Shown: positions 1 to 11,353 of the stretch, piece after piece | Position numbering within the stretch: the stretch's first letter is position 1 | How the letters are laid out: each line of letters starts with the position of its first letter | Origin: Azolla caroliniana | Lineage: Eukaryota; Plantae; Polypodiophyta | NCBI GenBank assembly: GCA_043228905.1 | Contig: JBHGNT010000003.1 | Location: 13,392,001-13,456,000 of the forward strand | DNA: 64,000 nucleotides | Direction: 5' to 3' | Notes under the pieces: generated by a model | Database searches by the model: none | The model's input: the letters and a program-made list of their open reading frames with translations, nothing else | Told to the model about the DNA's origin: nothing | Program-made: the position numbers and the translations under genes

Positions 1-890
1 GATTATCGCTTCGGGCACTTCCATTCCCCTGATGATCAAATTTACTACTGGATTTTGATCATCCAGTACGGTTGGTCCCATGGTTGGATTCGCAAAATGT
101 ATCAGGGCCTCTAGTAGTTGTTCTTTCCTATGTATTGTTGTTACGGTCTTCGTGAACCGGGGTACTAATTTCAAAAGTCTAAATAACGGCATTGTAATAT
201 GACAATAATTGTCTAATGCTAGCAAGGCCGGATCTTCCGTCGACGGTACTTCTTCTATCATCGACTTCTTCCCTTTGTCCTCCTCCGTCAATTCTTGGAG
301 CATTCTTTCCATGTTTTCCTAGTTCGCCTTTTCCACCCATTGTTGCATCACCTCTGTGGTCAGCATGTTGACTGCCGATGCCTTTCCTTTCGCCTTTAAT
401 GTACATTGGTTTATATAATACGGCTCTTGTCAAAAAAAGTAGCAATAGAGTTTCTAGGGCTCTTGTGATCCGGAAGCTTGTCACGCCACTTCCTCTTGCC
501 CTCTGGGATTGTATTGGAATGCCTTGGCATACTACGGCTTTCTTCATTCCTCCGGAGCTCTTCTCTAGTCATGTGGCAAGTATCGACGATCGATTCTCAC
601 TACACCGCCTTTGATCGTGGCTCCTATGTTGATCGGCAAATCCTTGCCGATCAAAATTCCTTCTTTCCTCTCGTCACCTCGTCGAAATCGCTCATCCGGC
701 CAAAACTGGCCTTCATCCGACCTTCTTTCTTCTCTAGCTCGATTTGTCTTACTAGTGTCGTTGATTTGGTTAGTAAGTTATACTCGCACCAATCAATGGT
801 ATGGGTTAGGGAATGGCATAATGCACAATGTGTTCTCATTGTACATGAAAAGAGTTACGTGCGGAAGCTCGTAGACAAAACCAACTTCAC
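1..890 (-). pseudogene. gag: Degraded Ty3/Gypsy (Tat/Athila-like) gag zinc-knuckle to protease-start remnant, related to element B
   Basis: ORF 651..839 (HCALCHSLTHTIDWCEYNLL) parallels element B Gag at 38040-38115 (HCTICHSKAHSIEWCEYNLL). Minus strand of 1-75 reads PTVLDDQNPVVNLIIRGMEVPEAII, matching the pre-protease segment of B (PTVMDEQSPSIKVIRG.EVTDTIVDDGSG). Confidence 0.8.
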
Positions 891-941
891 ATGATATTAA
901 TAGAAAATATGTGTAGGGCTTAGTATTGCATCTTTAGCCTC

Positions 942-1762
942 TTAGCGCTCCGATTCTTTTGACTTTGCCTTGTCGGCACGTCCGATCGGGTCGGTCTTCG
1001 ACTTACCTTCTGCTCCTTGATCGACGCCCTTAAGCTCGATCGCTTGTCGTAGTCCCATCCTTGTCCTTAGTGCTCCGAAGTGTTGTTCTAGGAGTAGCTT
1101 TGTTAGGCAATTGGTGATGTTCACCTTAGTGTCGATCTTCCGGACTTCGAGCTTCTTCTCTGTTATGAGCTCTTGGATATGATGAAACTGCACCTCAATG
1201 TGTTTCGTCTTCGCGTGATAGATTGGGTTCCGAATGAGGTGTATTGCGCTCTGTGAGTCGCAATAGATGGTTGGGGTTGGGTGGTCGATTCGACTTGTCA
1301 CTGAGAAGTCTGTTGACAATCGGTGCATCTAGATTGCTTCCTTCGCTGACTCTAACACGGCTATGTACTTGGCCTCTGTGGTAGACAGGGTCGTGCACTC
1401 TTGCAGCTTCAACCTCCATGATATGGCGGCACTGCCATAGGTGAAAGAAACATAGCTTGATGTCGACTTCCGATTGTCTGTATTTTCGGCATAGTCGGAA
1501 TCGGTATAGCCTTCGAATTCAATCAGACTCACTTATCCGAAAGTCAGCTGCACATCTTTGATTCTTGTTAGATACTTGAAGATGTTCTTGGCGGCCTCCC
1601 AATGCTTCCGTCTTGGGTTTGACATGTACTGGCTGACGATCCCTACGACATATGCAAGGTCGGGTCGGGTCGCCACCATCGCGTACATGATACTTCTTAC
1701 AACCGATGCATAGGGTATATTTCCATTGAGCTCTCTCTCCTTATCCGTCAAAAGAGAGTCTC
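942..1762 (-). pseudogene. pol: Ty1/Copia RT C-terminus/RNase H remnant
   Basis: ORFs 1533..1802, 1329..1532 and 942..1328 carry IPYASVVRSIMYAMVATRPDLAY, GYTDSDYA and IYCDSQSAIHL..NPIYHAKTKHI; broken by stops and frameshifts; cut at 1762 by the LTR of element B. Confidence 0.9.
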
Positions 1763-2325
1763 TGTTAGCTAGTTGGCTACAGGGTCGGAAGGTCGGAGTC
1801 AAACAAGTTTGAAAAGGTCGGAGTCGACAATGTTCTAAAGGACGAAGGAGTCGGAGTCAGATCATCGTGGCGGATCGATGAGTCAGCATTTACGAATTTT
1901 GCCAAGTAGTAAAAATATGTATTAGAGTTAGTTAGATAGTTTTGTAATAGTTCTTGTCGAACAAGGGCAAGTGTAATCTTGAGAAGAGACTCTCGGTCTT
2001 ACCTATAAAAGAGGGACCAAAAACATTGTAAATCTATTGTTCTAATTTTGGAATTAATATAAGTTATTAGTTAGAGTATTTCTATGTCGATAGTATCTAT
2101 GCGCATTGTTATCCCTAGTATTGATTTCTGATTTGCTTACTAAGTAATTATATTAAGACCAATTAGTTGATCAAGGTTACTCAAATAACAAGTCCTATTT
2201 GCTTACTAGTTAGTCTATCATCCTTCTACCACAATCATCGTGATAGAACGTTCGGATTGGAATGTTCGACCTATTCTGTCAGCTATGTACAGTAATCAAC
2301 TATCGGCCGAAGAACACAAATTATA
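1763..2325 (+). repeat. Putative 5' LTR of element B (3' end uncertain, 2316-2325)
   Basis: TG start exactly where the Copia RT is cut; CCTATAAAAG TATA at ~2002; followed by a PBS-like motif. Confidence 0.6.
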
Positions 2326-2329
2326 ATTT

Positions 2330-2342
2330 TGGCATGCCCGGT
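2330..2342 (+). promoter_or_regulatory. PBS-like motif of element B (probably tRNA-Arg)
   Basis: TGGCATGCCCGGT resembles the TGGCACGCCC.. Arg PBS of Tat/Ogre elements. Confidence 0.55.
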
Positions 2343-2486
2343 TACATATGCAATAGGCAGAGAACAAGGTTGAATGGATGTCGTCTAGTCTGAAAACATC
2401 TGTTGGCCGTAAATGTCTTCGCACACGATTAGAGACTTAAAGTGTAGTAGAAGGTAATGTTGACAATTTCGAACATAGCCATCAAC

Positions 2487-2970
2487 TAACAATGGGCATG
2501 GTTTCGGCTCAAACCGAACTGAACCGTTAAGCCATGGTTTAATAGTTTATTGGTTCCAGAAATTTATAATGGTTTGGTTTGGTTTAGAAATTCAATAAAC
2601 GGTTCAGTTTCGGTTCTAAAACTTGGGTTTATAGGTTTATAGGTTTTTGGTTAACTTTTTTAATTGTTTACCTTAAAAGTTTATTGATTTAGTGGTTTAA
2701 TTAATGGTTTTTTATTGATTTAATAGATTTAACTTAAATGCTTATTTAATTTAATGTATTTTTGTTTATTTAGATGTTTAATCAGTTTGACTTAAGTGGT
2801 TAGGTTTAAACTTTTTATTAAATGGTTTAGTTTGGTTTCATATTTTTTGTAAACGGTTTGGTTTCAACTTTTTCTTAAATGGTTTGGTTTAAATATTGAG
2901 AGTTCATAAACGGTTTGGTTTCTTTGTCTTGAAACCGAACCGAACCGAAACCGAACCGTGCCCATTACTA
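2487..2970. mobile_element. Non-autonomous hAT-superfamily MITE (484 bp)
   Basis: Perfect 8-bp TSD CCATCAAC (2479-2486, 2971-2978); imperfect TIRs TAACAATGGGCATGG / CCGTGCCCATTACTA; subterminal AACCG/CGGTT repeats; AT-rich non-coding core. Confidence 0.9.
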
Positions 2971-3091
2971 CCATCAACATCAACAACAAGCTGATCGGGA
3001 GTGGAGTACAATTCCCGATTTAACTGATAATCATTCAGACAAGGAGGAGTCTGATCAAAGTTTTGTTTACGACATTTGGGGAGACGACAAT

Positions 3092-3322
3092 ATGCCTTGC
3101 CCTTACACGAAATATCGAGATGGTGCTAATGCCGAAGCACACATAAGAGATTTTCGGACGACATGGGAGGTGAACCATGTGGCACAACAACTGTCGGCAA
3201 CAACCGACGAAAAATAAAAAATTGCCGAGTTCGTCTTATCGCTTGACGGTCCGTCGGCAAATTGGTATGCTCAGAACGGGCCAAAAGTGTTTGACTCGTT
3301 CGAACAATTAGTTGCAAAATTC
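3092..3322 (+). pseudogene. gag: Element B gag N-terminal part
   Basis: MPCPYTKYRDGANAEAHIRDF..IAEFVLSLDGPSANWY..FEQLVAKF with one stop; continues in frame after 37645. Confidence 0.8.
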
Positions 3323-3759
3323 TGTCAAAGTTAATATGCGGAAGCTTTGACAAACCGGTTTATTCGGATAGTAACAGAAAACAGAGACAAGGTTAATGGA
3401 AGCTAGGAACGGAGAATACACAGGAGAGAGAGAGAGTAGAAAGCATAAACTCAATTCAAAATAACAACACTTTGTACATACAATGTGCTCAATGAGCACT
3501 TTTATACAAGCCCATAAAGGATTGACAAAAGTACTGACAAGTACTTCTATGCTCATACGAGTGACTATCACCGAATCCAAGGAATCTGCCTATGTACTAG
3601 GCTAGATTCATAGGCCTCTAATGGCCTACCGATTACAATCCGATCGGGCTCCTAGTTCCGGATACCATCCAGACACCGATCCGGTTCATCGTTTCGGAAT
3701 CCGATTTGGCTCTGGCTTGTTCAGCCGATCTGGATCCAGTTGAGCTTGTCCGCTCAACA
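3323..3759 (-). repeat. Element A 3' LTR
   Basis: TG..CA ends; aligns with 37243-37640 with many substitutions (old insertion). Confidence 0.93.
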
Positions 3760-4389
3760 CTCCCCCTCAAGCTCAACTTGAGGTCGGATCACTATGTTTG
3801 TGTGTGTGTTTGCCAGTCGTCTTCTCCGGCTCCACTTGGTGTCTTCCCACCTAGCTCACGTTCCACGTCTGGTTCGGTTTTGCTTCCCACAACGCATTTG
3901 GTTGTGCGCACCTCAACCCTCTCGGTCGGCTTGTCTGCTCATAAGGCCCTTCCTAGCTCCTTCGCTGTTTTGACTTCGGCGCTTCTCGACCCGTCGGTTC
4001 CTCTGTGTCAGTGTTGACTTTTGTTGCCTCCTCATCCGTTTGGCCTCCTGTTGATTCGGCTCCTTCGAATCGAACTCCCCTTCAGAATCAACTGCCTCCT
4101 ATTCGTTCTAGCTCTTGTTTGAATTAGTTGTCTCCAATTCGTCCTCAATCTTCAGACCCTTCACAACATTGGACCATGTCCATGTCTTGGTCTTCCCAGC
4201 TTTGCCTCCCCCTTTTTCAGTTGGTTTCGGCTTGGGCTCTCTGTTCCAGTGGCTCTGCTTGCATCTGGTCTCGGCTTCTTCAGCCGTCCTGTGCACTCAG
4301 ACTTCTTCAGTCGGGCCGAAATCGAAATTGGTTTCCGACTCGGTTTTTCGGTCGTCTTCCTCATTCCTCTTTTCATTCCCACCCCTCAA

Positions 4390-5225
4390 GTTTGGCACAT
4401 TGAGGTACTACACACTTGTGCACCGGAAAATTACCGCAACTTGTCTAAGTCGAGGGGTTTGGTGAAGATATCGGCCACCTGCCAATCCGTCGGAACATAC
4501 AAAAGTTCGACTTCACCGGAAAGAACGCACTCGCGGACAAAATGATAGTGCACCTCACTGTGCTTAGTCCGGGCGTGAAAGACGACGTTCTTAGCCAACT
4601 AGATCCTGCTAAGGTTATCGCAATAGATCACCGTCGGATCCGATACCTCCACATGCAAATCCTTTAGGAGCCTCTTGAGCCAGATGGCTTCACACGTTGT
4701 GACAATCGCTCCTCGGTACTCGGCCTCAGTGCTTGACAATGTAATTGTTGGTTGCTTCTTACTACTCCAGGCGATCGTGGCGTTCCCAAGTGAAAACGAA
4801 TATCCGGATGTAGACCTAAAGTCGTCAGCATTTCCGGCCCAATCAGCATCCCTGTTGACGACAAGCTGTTTGGCTACATCGGTCTGATACAACAGTCCCC
4901 TGTCCTTACTGCCGCTGATGTACCTTAGTATTCAGTCCGACCGGATAACTAAGGTGCGGCTTGGTGATGGCCAGATAGATGAGGCTTCTGACTATTTGTC
5001 GGAACCTTTTCGGTTCGCATGCCATTCTAGAGTCGGGGCAAAGCTTTACATTCCTGTCCAGAGGAGTCGAGATGGATTTGCATTCCGTCATACTAATTTT
5101 GAAGAGCATACTCAACACATAGTCGCATTGATTGATCAATATGCTTTCGGGGGTTTGGATCCCGAGGAAGTAATGAAGGTCTCCTAGATCCTTCATCTCG
5201 AATGATGCCGCGAGCTGGGATTTGA
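4390..5225 (-). pseudogene. pol: Element A RT C-terminus/RNase H
   Basis: MKDLGDLHYFLG, DADWAG..RSTSGY, SSTEAEY, IYCDN, ARTKH.EVHYHF motifs; stops and frameshifts. Confidence 0.92.
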
Positions 5226-6497
5226 TGAAGGGGGAGTTTGTTGGGAGATAGGTACCTCCGGATGGGAAGGAAGAAGAACAGTGCCGATGAAAAAACTCGG
5301 CCGAGGCCGATAGGCCGAGTACGAAACCAGATGAGGAGTACCCGGCTACGGAGAGCCGGATGGTGCAGACCCGGTACGAAACCGGATGAGGAGTACCCGG
5401 CTACGGAGAGCCGGATGGTGCAGACCCGGTACGAAACCGGATGAGGAGTACCCGGCTACGGAGAGCCGGATGGTGCAGACCCGGTACGAAACCGGATGAG
5501 GAGTACCCGGCTACGGAGAGCCGGATGGTGCAGACCCGGTACGAAACCGGATGAGGAGTACCCGGCTACGGAGAGCCGGATGGTGCAGACCCGGTACGAA
5601 ACCGGATGAGGAGTACCCGGCTACGGAGAGCCGAATGGTGCAGACCCGGTATGAACCGGATGAGGAGTACCCGGCTACGGAGAGCCGGATGGTGCAGACC
5701 TAGTATGAAACCGGATGAGGAGTACCCGGCTACGGAGAGCCGGATGGTGCAGACCCTGTACGAAACCGGATGAGGAGTACCCGGCTACGGAGAGCCGGAT
5801 GGTGCAGACCTGGTACGAAACCGGATGAGGAGTACCCGGCTACGGAGAGTCAGATGGTGTAGACCCGATACGAAACCGGATGAGGAGTACCCGGCTACGG
5901 AGAGCCGGATGGTGCAGACCAGGTACGAAACCGGATGAGGAGTACCCGGCTACGGAGAGCCGGATGGTGTAGACCTGGTGAGAACCGGATGAGGAGTACC
6001 CGGCTACGGAGAGCCGGATGGTGCAGACCCGGTACGAAACCGGATGAGGAGTACCCGGCAACGGAGAGCCGGATGGTGCAGACCCGGTATGAACCGGAGG
6101 TAGAGACATATTTGTAAATATGTTTCTGAGGGCAAACTTTTAGTTGTTGTTGTCATTTTTTTTTGTTGGTGCAAGAAGAAGAGAGAGCATGTAACAGTGT
6201 ACAGAGAGAGAGAGAGAGAGAAAGAGGTCGCTGCCTCTGTTGTAATCGCCGCCTGTGGCGAAGATCGTGAGCACAAGGTCGTTGCCTTTGTGAACTCACT
6301 GTTTTGTACATTCCAACTTAGTGATAGTTTGCAACCTGTGGGCTGCCGTGGTTTTTCCCTCTTTGGCTTTTCCACGTAAACATTCTGTGTACCCTTTTCT
6401 CTCCTGTGTCGCGTGTTTTCGTTTCCTGTTTCCTGTGTATGAAAAGAAGCTCGGTTGCAGCCGAGCGTTGTGTATAAGGAGCGTTGAGTTCCCGTCA
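5226..6497 (+). mobile_element. Element E: orphan PPT plus 3' LTR (5239-6497) of a Tork-like Copia
   Basis: PPT TGAAGGGGGAGTT, then TGTTGGGAGATAGG..CCCGTCA; homologous to the G/H LTRs; internal region and left TSD are missing. Confidence 0.85.
5319..6097 (+). repeat. Tandem array of 14 copies of a ~55-bp unit in U3 of LTR E
   Basis: Unit GAAACCGGATGAGGAGTACCCGGCTACGGAGAGCCGGATGGTGCAGACCCGGTAC, nearly identical copies, no spacers. Confidence 0.95.
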
Positions 6498-7317
6498 GAT
6501 TTCATCTAGGTCGGTGCCGGCGATGACTAAATCATCAACATAAAGTAAATTACTAACTGGCCCGTTCTGACCTTGTTGGATGAAGAGAGAAGAGTCCGAT
6601 TTCGATGGAACAAACCCCATCCGATGTAGTCTCTGCGTGATTTTCGCGTTCGTAGCACGCGAGGCTTGCTTGGGTCCGTAAAGGGACTTCTTCAGTCAGC
6701 AAACGACCGACGTGTTCATTCCAGACTGAAATCAGGGGGTCTGAACCATAAACACCTGTTCCTCAAGATCACCTTGCAGGAACGCGTTTTTCACATCTAT
6801 CTGATGCAGATGCCACCCCTTCGCCGCTGCTACCACAAGCAGGACATGGACGATCGTTATCTTTGCAGCTGACACGAACGTCTCATTGTAATCGATGCCG
6901 TGCTGCTGCGCATAGCCCTTTGCCACTAATCAGGCCTTGTACCGGTTGACGGAGCCGTAGGTGTTGTATTTGACCTTGTACACCCACCGAAAACCGATCG
7001 ACTTCACTCCTTTCGGTACATTGACTAAATCCCACGTCTCATTTTCCATGAGTGCATGCATCTATTCCTCAATGGCCTTCCTCCAGTTCAGATCCTTAGC
7101 CGCTTCTGCGTAACTCTCCAACTCGTGCGCATAATGATGTGTCATACATTGTACCCATACCTTTTCACGGGGTTTTTCGGGCGGGTGGAGCGGCATAACT
7201 TTGTGTTAGCTGATTTCAAGGTCCTCTTGGCCGACTCAGACTTCTCTTCCGAAGGTCCATCTTTGTTCTTTCTAGAGTCGGATTCGCTCTGACCCGAGTT
7301 GTCTCTGCCGGTGGCGT
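6498..7317 (-). pseudogene. pol: Element A RT N-terminal half
   Basis: AKGYAQQHGIDYNETF, QIDVKNAFLQGDLEE, LLYVDDL motifs. Confidence 0.92.
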
Positions 7318-8010
7318 TGTCGTGAAGATTCTCGGCTATAGTGTGAAACCGGGGTGGAATAGGGCCAGTCGGTGGTGTGCAAACATGTGCACATGTATAG
7401 TAGGAAACGGTGGGAGTATTTGTCCCACATTGTAACGCCCTCCCCACCTTGGTCTATAAAAGGAGGGAGGGGTCCCTTGTTGAGGGGTTGCCCATTTTGA
7501 GTTAGGAAGGGTATACTGTTAGATTTAGGCAGTTTCCCTTATTCTTACTTCATTCTAGGGTTTCATCTAGGTAGTTTCTTTTCTTCTTCTTCTTTGTCGT
7601 GTCGGTGGAGATTTTGTGTCTGTTTAGGGTTTGCTTATGCTCGGTCTCCTGTGCAAGACCCCACTCGGCACGACGATCCCGAGAGCTCCCCGATTGGCGG
7701 CTTGGCAGTAGACTACTGTTGTAACCTACCTTACCTTGGTTCGTCTCAAAGTCGGGGTTGTATCTTTCCCCTTGTAATATATATAATCATATCTGTTTGT
7801 GCATATTGGTGTATTTGGTGGTGTCAAGAGCATAGCCCCTTGTTTCCTGTGCATAAGAGTCGGTGTCGCGCACATGCTCTCTCTCTCTCTCTCTCATGTT
7901 CGGTTGCCTCCGGGATGTGTCCGGAGTCGGCTTCTCGGCATCCCTTCCTCCCTCGTCCGAGACCCCCGTGGTCCCGCCGCTTCCACACGCACGTGTGTAA
8001 TAACGCGACA
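7318..8010 (+). repeat. Element F 5' LTR
   Basis: TGTCGTGAAG..AACGCGACA; CTATAAAAG TATA at ~7454; matches the split 3' LTR. Confidence 0.93.
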
Positions 8011-8014
8011 TCTT

Positions 8015-8032
8015 TGGTGAACCCAACGTGAA
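8015..8032 (+). promoter_or_regulatory. PBS complementary to the 3' end of plant tRNA-Trp
   Basis: TGGTGAACCCAACGTGAA, one mismatch to TGGTGAACCCGACGTGAA, the complement of ..TTCACGTCGGGTTCACCA (tRNA-Trp sequence from memory). Confidence 0.85.
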
Positions 8033-8708
8033 CGGCGGTAAGGGAGAATGGAGTTGGAAGAAGACGACTTTGCACAACTTTTGTCGAAGCGGTGTCGTGC
8101 CTTTCGGCTCCGGATCGTTTGCGTGAGTCGGGTGGGAACCGCCGAGGTTTTGGACTAGGAGAAAGAAGAATATGAGATGAGGCTAGTAATGAATAGATTA
8201 TTAGAAAGAGAGATAGAAATTTCGTGAATCCCACGAGTGTATTTTATTCGATTAATCAATATTTAGATAAGAATATGTATTTAGATTGAAAGAAAGATAT
8301 AAGAAGCTTGTGAATCCCACAAGTATAGATTATACTATTTTCGTGAATCCCACGATTATATTAATTGGTGTTTTAGGAAATATATCCAATTTCCCAAATA
8401 TTTTTCACACACCTATTACATTGTGCTCCCCATCCTTATGTAGTGATGGGAGAGACTAAGCATAGCTACATGCTTTTTTTCTAATATGTTCATGCACACT
8501 AAATGTGCATGTGATGCTTTTCTAATCCTTGCTTTTATTTGCTAAATATAGTGCTCATGCACGCTAGATGTGCATGAGTCACTTTTTTAGTTGCTTGCGT
8601 TTTTCTATAAAATATTCACGCACTCTAAAAATACATGATTTACCTTTTAATAAGGGTAGGCGCAAATAAAGCACTTATAGTTATTAAATCTATTTATAGA
8701 ACACTAAA

Positions 8709-8780
8709 GATAAGGTAGCATAATGGTAAAGTTGAGGTTTGGCTATGTGGAGGTATAGGGTTCGAATCCTGCCCTATGCA
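8709..8780 (+). promoter_or_regulatory. tRNA-derived Pol III A/B-box module in D 3' LTR (antisense to D)
   Basis: A box TAGCATAATGG (8716), AGGT variable-loop motif, B box GGTTCGAATCC, at tRNA spacing. Confidence 0.75.
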
Positions 8781-8833
8781 CGTGATAAATATCTTGATAT
8801 ATTATTTTATTTATTTATATGTAATTAAATCGG

Positions 8834-10627
8834 TTATATTATTTTTACTTTTTCACGTAGTGTACGAAATACACTACGACACTCGCCCCCTCCGAACCCG
8901 CACATCCTCCGGTATGTGCCGAAGTTGCCGATGCTCGTTGTCTCCCCTTCATCCTCCGTTTGTCCCGCTATGTCAACTTTGTCTCTCCATTTTGAGTAGA
9001 CCCATTCTTTCCACCCAAACCATTGTCGCCATCCGATCCACCATATTCTTTGTTCTCTCTCGTCATATTCTTGGCCCTTGTCATTCGTGGTAGTGTCTTT
9101 TACTGGCCTCTTTCTTGTCTTCATCAACCTTGACTTTTTTCCGGATCGCTCTCGTCCGATCGACTTTCGGTTTGATCGGCTTCCGATCGGATTCGTATTC
9201 GGCCGAATCGGAATCGGTTGTTCGGTTTCGATTGAGTCGGTCTCCTTCCGGCCCGGTTTCGATCTATCGGTTTCGGTTTCGTCTTTTCTTTCGGGTCGAC
9301 TTTCGGTCGAATCCTCTTTTACCCGGTTCGGCTTTCTTTCGGATCGGAATCCCATCCGGATCACCTTCCATCCTAACTGGCTTCTGACTTTACCTTTCTT
9401 GCTGCCACCTCCCGTCTCTCCGGTCTCACGTTGCTTCTCAGACACAACCGCCGAAGTCTCTAGGATTAGTGGGTAGGAATCCTCGGTATTATCATCCTCC
9501 ATTGTTTCACCCATAGCCATATTCTCGGCTATCTCTCCGTCGTATGCATCGACTTCGACCTTTGTTTTCTCTCCGCCACCTTCCGTCTCTTCGGTCTCAT
9601 GTTGCCTTTCGAACGCAACCGCCGGAGTCTCTAGAATCAGTGGTGGGGAAGTCTCGATATGGCCATCCGTCGTTGATTCGTCCATAGCCACCTTCGATTC
9701 GATGTCGTCTTTTGTGGCTACCTCCTTAATCACATCCGCTTCACACTCTTTATCTGCATCAATTATGCAAACATCTATTATGCTTACCCCTTTTTGACCC
9801 GATGTCTCGGGCACTTGTATCCCGAAATTTCCTTCTACACTTGAATTATCGGCCTTATCCTTCGCCATCGTTCTTTCACAAGACGAGTGGGTGTCTTGTT
9901 CCACTCTTTCTCCCGTGGTACCATCATGTTGTATTTCGGCCTTCATATTGGCTTCATCGTTTTTCCTCAATCGACCATCCTTCATGGGCCATGTCGTTGT
10001 TGACGAGATTCTCAGCTTCCTTTCATCATGTCTTCGGCATACCCTTTCGACTTTAGCCCAATCCTCGGTAAGGCCGTTCGCACCGTCATCATCTTCGAGT
10101 TCGATCCCAATGTCCATCCTTTCTTTCCGATCGATCGATCTTACGAACATTAAGACTTTATCTTCTCCCACCAATCTTCGTTCCCGCTCCGAGAGTCGAG
10201 CAAAACGATGCTCGAACTCTAGGAACGCTTGCGTTGCACTTCGGTGAGTCTTCTCCGACGCCACCCATTCGTTGAATTCTCGTCGATCTCGTCCCGTCCA
10301 TCTCTCATAGTCATATGCCTCCCGTAAAGCTTCTTCAAAGGACTCCCATGTCGAGTTTTGTTGTTGTATCTTGTGGATTCTCTCTTGTAGTTCGTCCGAG
10401 GCCACCCGACTAAAGGATATCACTTGCAATCCTTCCGGTATCCGATATTGCATCATCTCCGCCTTATATTCACGTAGGTAGCGTGACACACCCTTACCGT
10501 TGAATTCCCCGTTTCGTCGCAGAAGCCGCTCTACTGCCACCTTCATCTCCGACATCGCACGTTGTTCTTGTTGCATCCGCTCAAACATTATCATCATCAT
10601 GTTCATCGCCTCTTGTTGATTCTCCAT
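8834..10627 (-). CDS. gag: Element D Gag with long acidic/basic low-complexity C-terminal extension (~597 aa from the ATG after the PBS)
   Basis: Stop-free ORF. N-terminus (GEFNGKGVSRYLREY..KVLMFVRSID..GLTEDW) is homologous to Gag of I and C; no zinc knuckle or protease; stop lies inside the 3' LTR. Confidence 0.85.
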   Translation of the reverse strand: MENQQEAMNMMMIMFERMQQEQRAMSEMKVAVERLLRRNGEFNGKGVSRYLREYKAEMMQYRIPEGLQVISFSRVASDELQERIHKIQQQNSTWESFEEALREAYDYERWTGRDRREFNEWVASEKTHRSATQAFLEFEHRFARLSERERRLVGEDKVLMFVRSIDRKERMDIGIELEDDDGANGLTEDWAKVERVCRRHDERKLRISSTTTWPMKDGRLRKNDEANMKAEIQHDGTTGERVEQDTHSSCERTMAKDKADNSSVEGNFGIQVPETSGQKGVSIIDVCIIDADKECEADVIKEVATKDDIESKVAMDESTTDGHIETSPPLILETPAVAFERQHETEETEGGGEKTKVEVDAYDGEIAENMAMGETMEDDNTEDSYPLILETSAVVSEKQRETGETGGGSKKGKVRSQLGWKVIRMGFRSERKPNRVKEDSTESRPERKDETETDRSKPGRKETDSIETEQPIPIRPNTNPIGSRSNRKSIGRERSGKKSRLMKTRKRPVKDTTTNDKGQEYDEREQRIWWIGWRQWFGWKEWVYSKWRDKVDIAGQTEDEGETTSIGNFGTYRRMCGFGGGECRSVFRTLREKVKII

Positions 10628-10643
10628 CTCCTTGCCACCTGCC

Positions 10644-10661
10644 TTCACGTCGGGTTCACCA
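10644..10661 (-). promoter_or_regulatory. PBS (tRNA-Trp) of element D
   Basis: TGGTGAACCCGACGTGAA on the minus strand, 4 nt after the 5' LTR. Confidence 0.9.
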
Positions 10662-11281
10662 ACTGTGTCGTGCCTTTCGGCTCCGGATCGTTTGCGTGAG
10701 TCGGGTGGGAACCGCCGAGGTTTTGGACTAGGAGAAAGAAGAATATGAGATGAGGCTAGTAATGAATAGATTATTAGAAAGAGAGATAGAAATTTCGTGA
10801 ATCCCACGAGTGTATTTTATTCGATTAATCAATATTTAGATAAGAATATGTATTTAGATTGAAAGAAAGATATAAGAAGCTTGTGAATCCCACAAGTATA
10901 GATTATACTATTTTCGTGAATCCCACGATTATATTAATTGGTGTTTTAGGAAATATATCCAATTTCCCAAATATTTTTCACACACCTATTACATTGTGCT
11001 CCCCATCCTTATGTAGTGATGGGAGAGACTAAGCATAGCTACATGCTTTTTTTCTAATATGTTCATGCACACTAAATGTGCATGTGATGCTTTTCTAATC
11101 CTTGCTTTTATTTGCTAAATATAGTGCTCATGCACGCTAGATGTGCATGAGTCACTTTTTTAGTTGCTTGCGTTTTTCTATAAAATATTCACGCACTCTA
11201 AAAATACATGATTTACCTTTTAATAAGGGTAGGCGCAAATAAAGCACTTATAGTTATTAAATCTATTTATAGAACACTAAA

Positions 11282-11353
11282 GATAAGGTAGCATAATGGT
11301 AAAGTTGAGGTTTGGCTATGTGGAGGTATAGGGTTCGAATCCTACCCTATGCA
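11282..11353 (+). promoter_or_regulatory. tRNA-derived Pol III A/B-box module in D 5' LTR
   Basis: Copy of 8709-8780; a TTTT run ~25 nt downstream could terminate Pol III. Confidence 0.75.

Noticed and set aside
5319-6097. Regular 55-bp array resembling a CRISPR
   Set aside because: Units are contiguous with no unique spacers, lie inside a Copia LTR, and there are no cas genes.
5219-6502. GATTT on both sides of element E as a TSD
   Set aside because: The left copy is separated from the LTR by a PPT, and both copies are explained by the host RT codons (DEI..KSQ); a deletion is more likely.
10628-10807. Signal-peptide-like N-terminus (MGFTKFLSLFLIIYSLLASS) suggesting an env or secreted protein
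   Set aside because: It starts at a non-ATG codon inside the LTR and crosses the PBS; the first ATG after the PBS (10627) is the likely Gag start.
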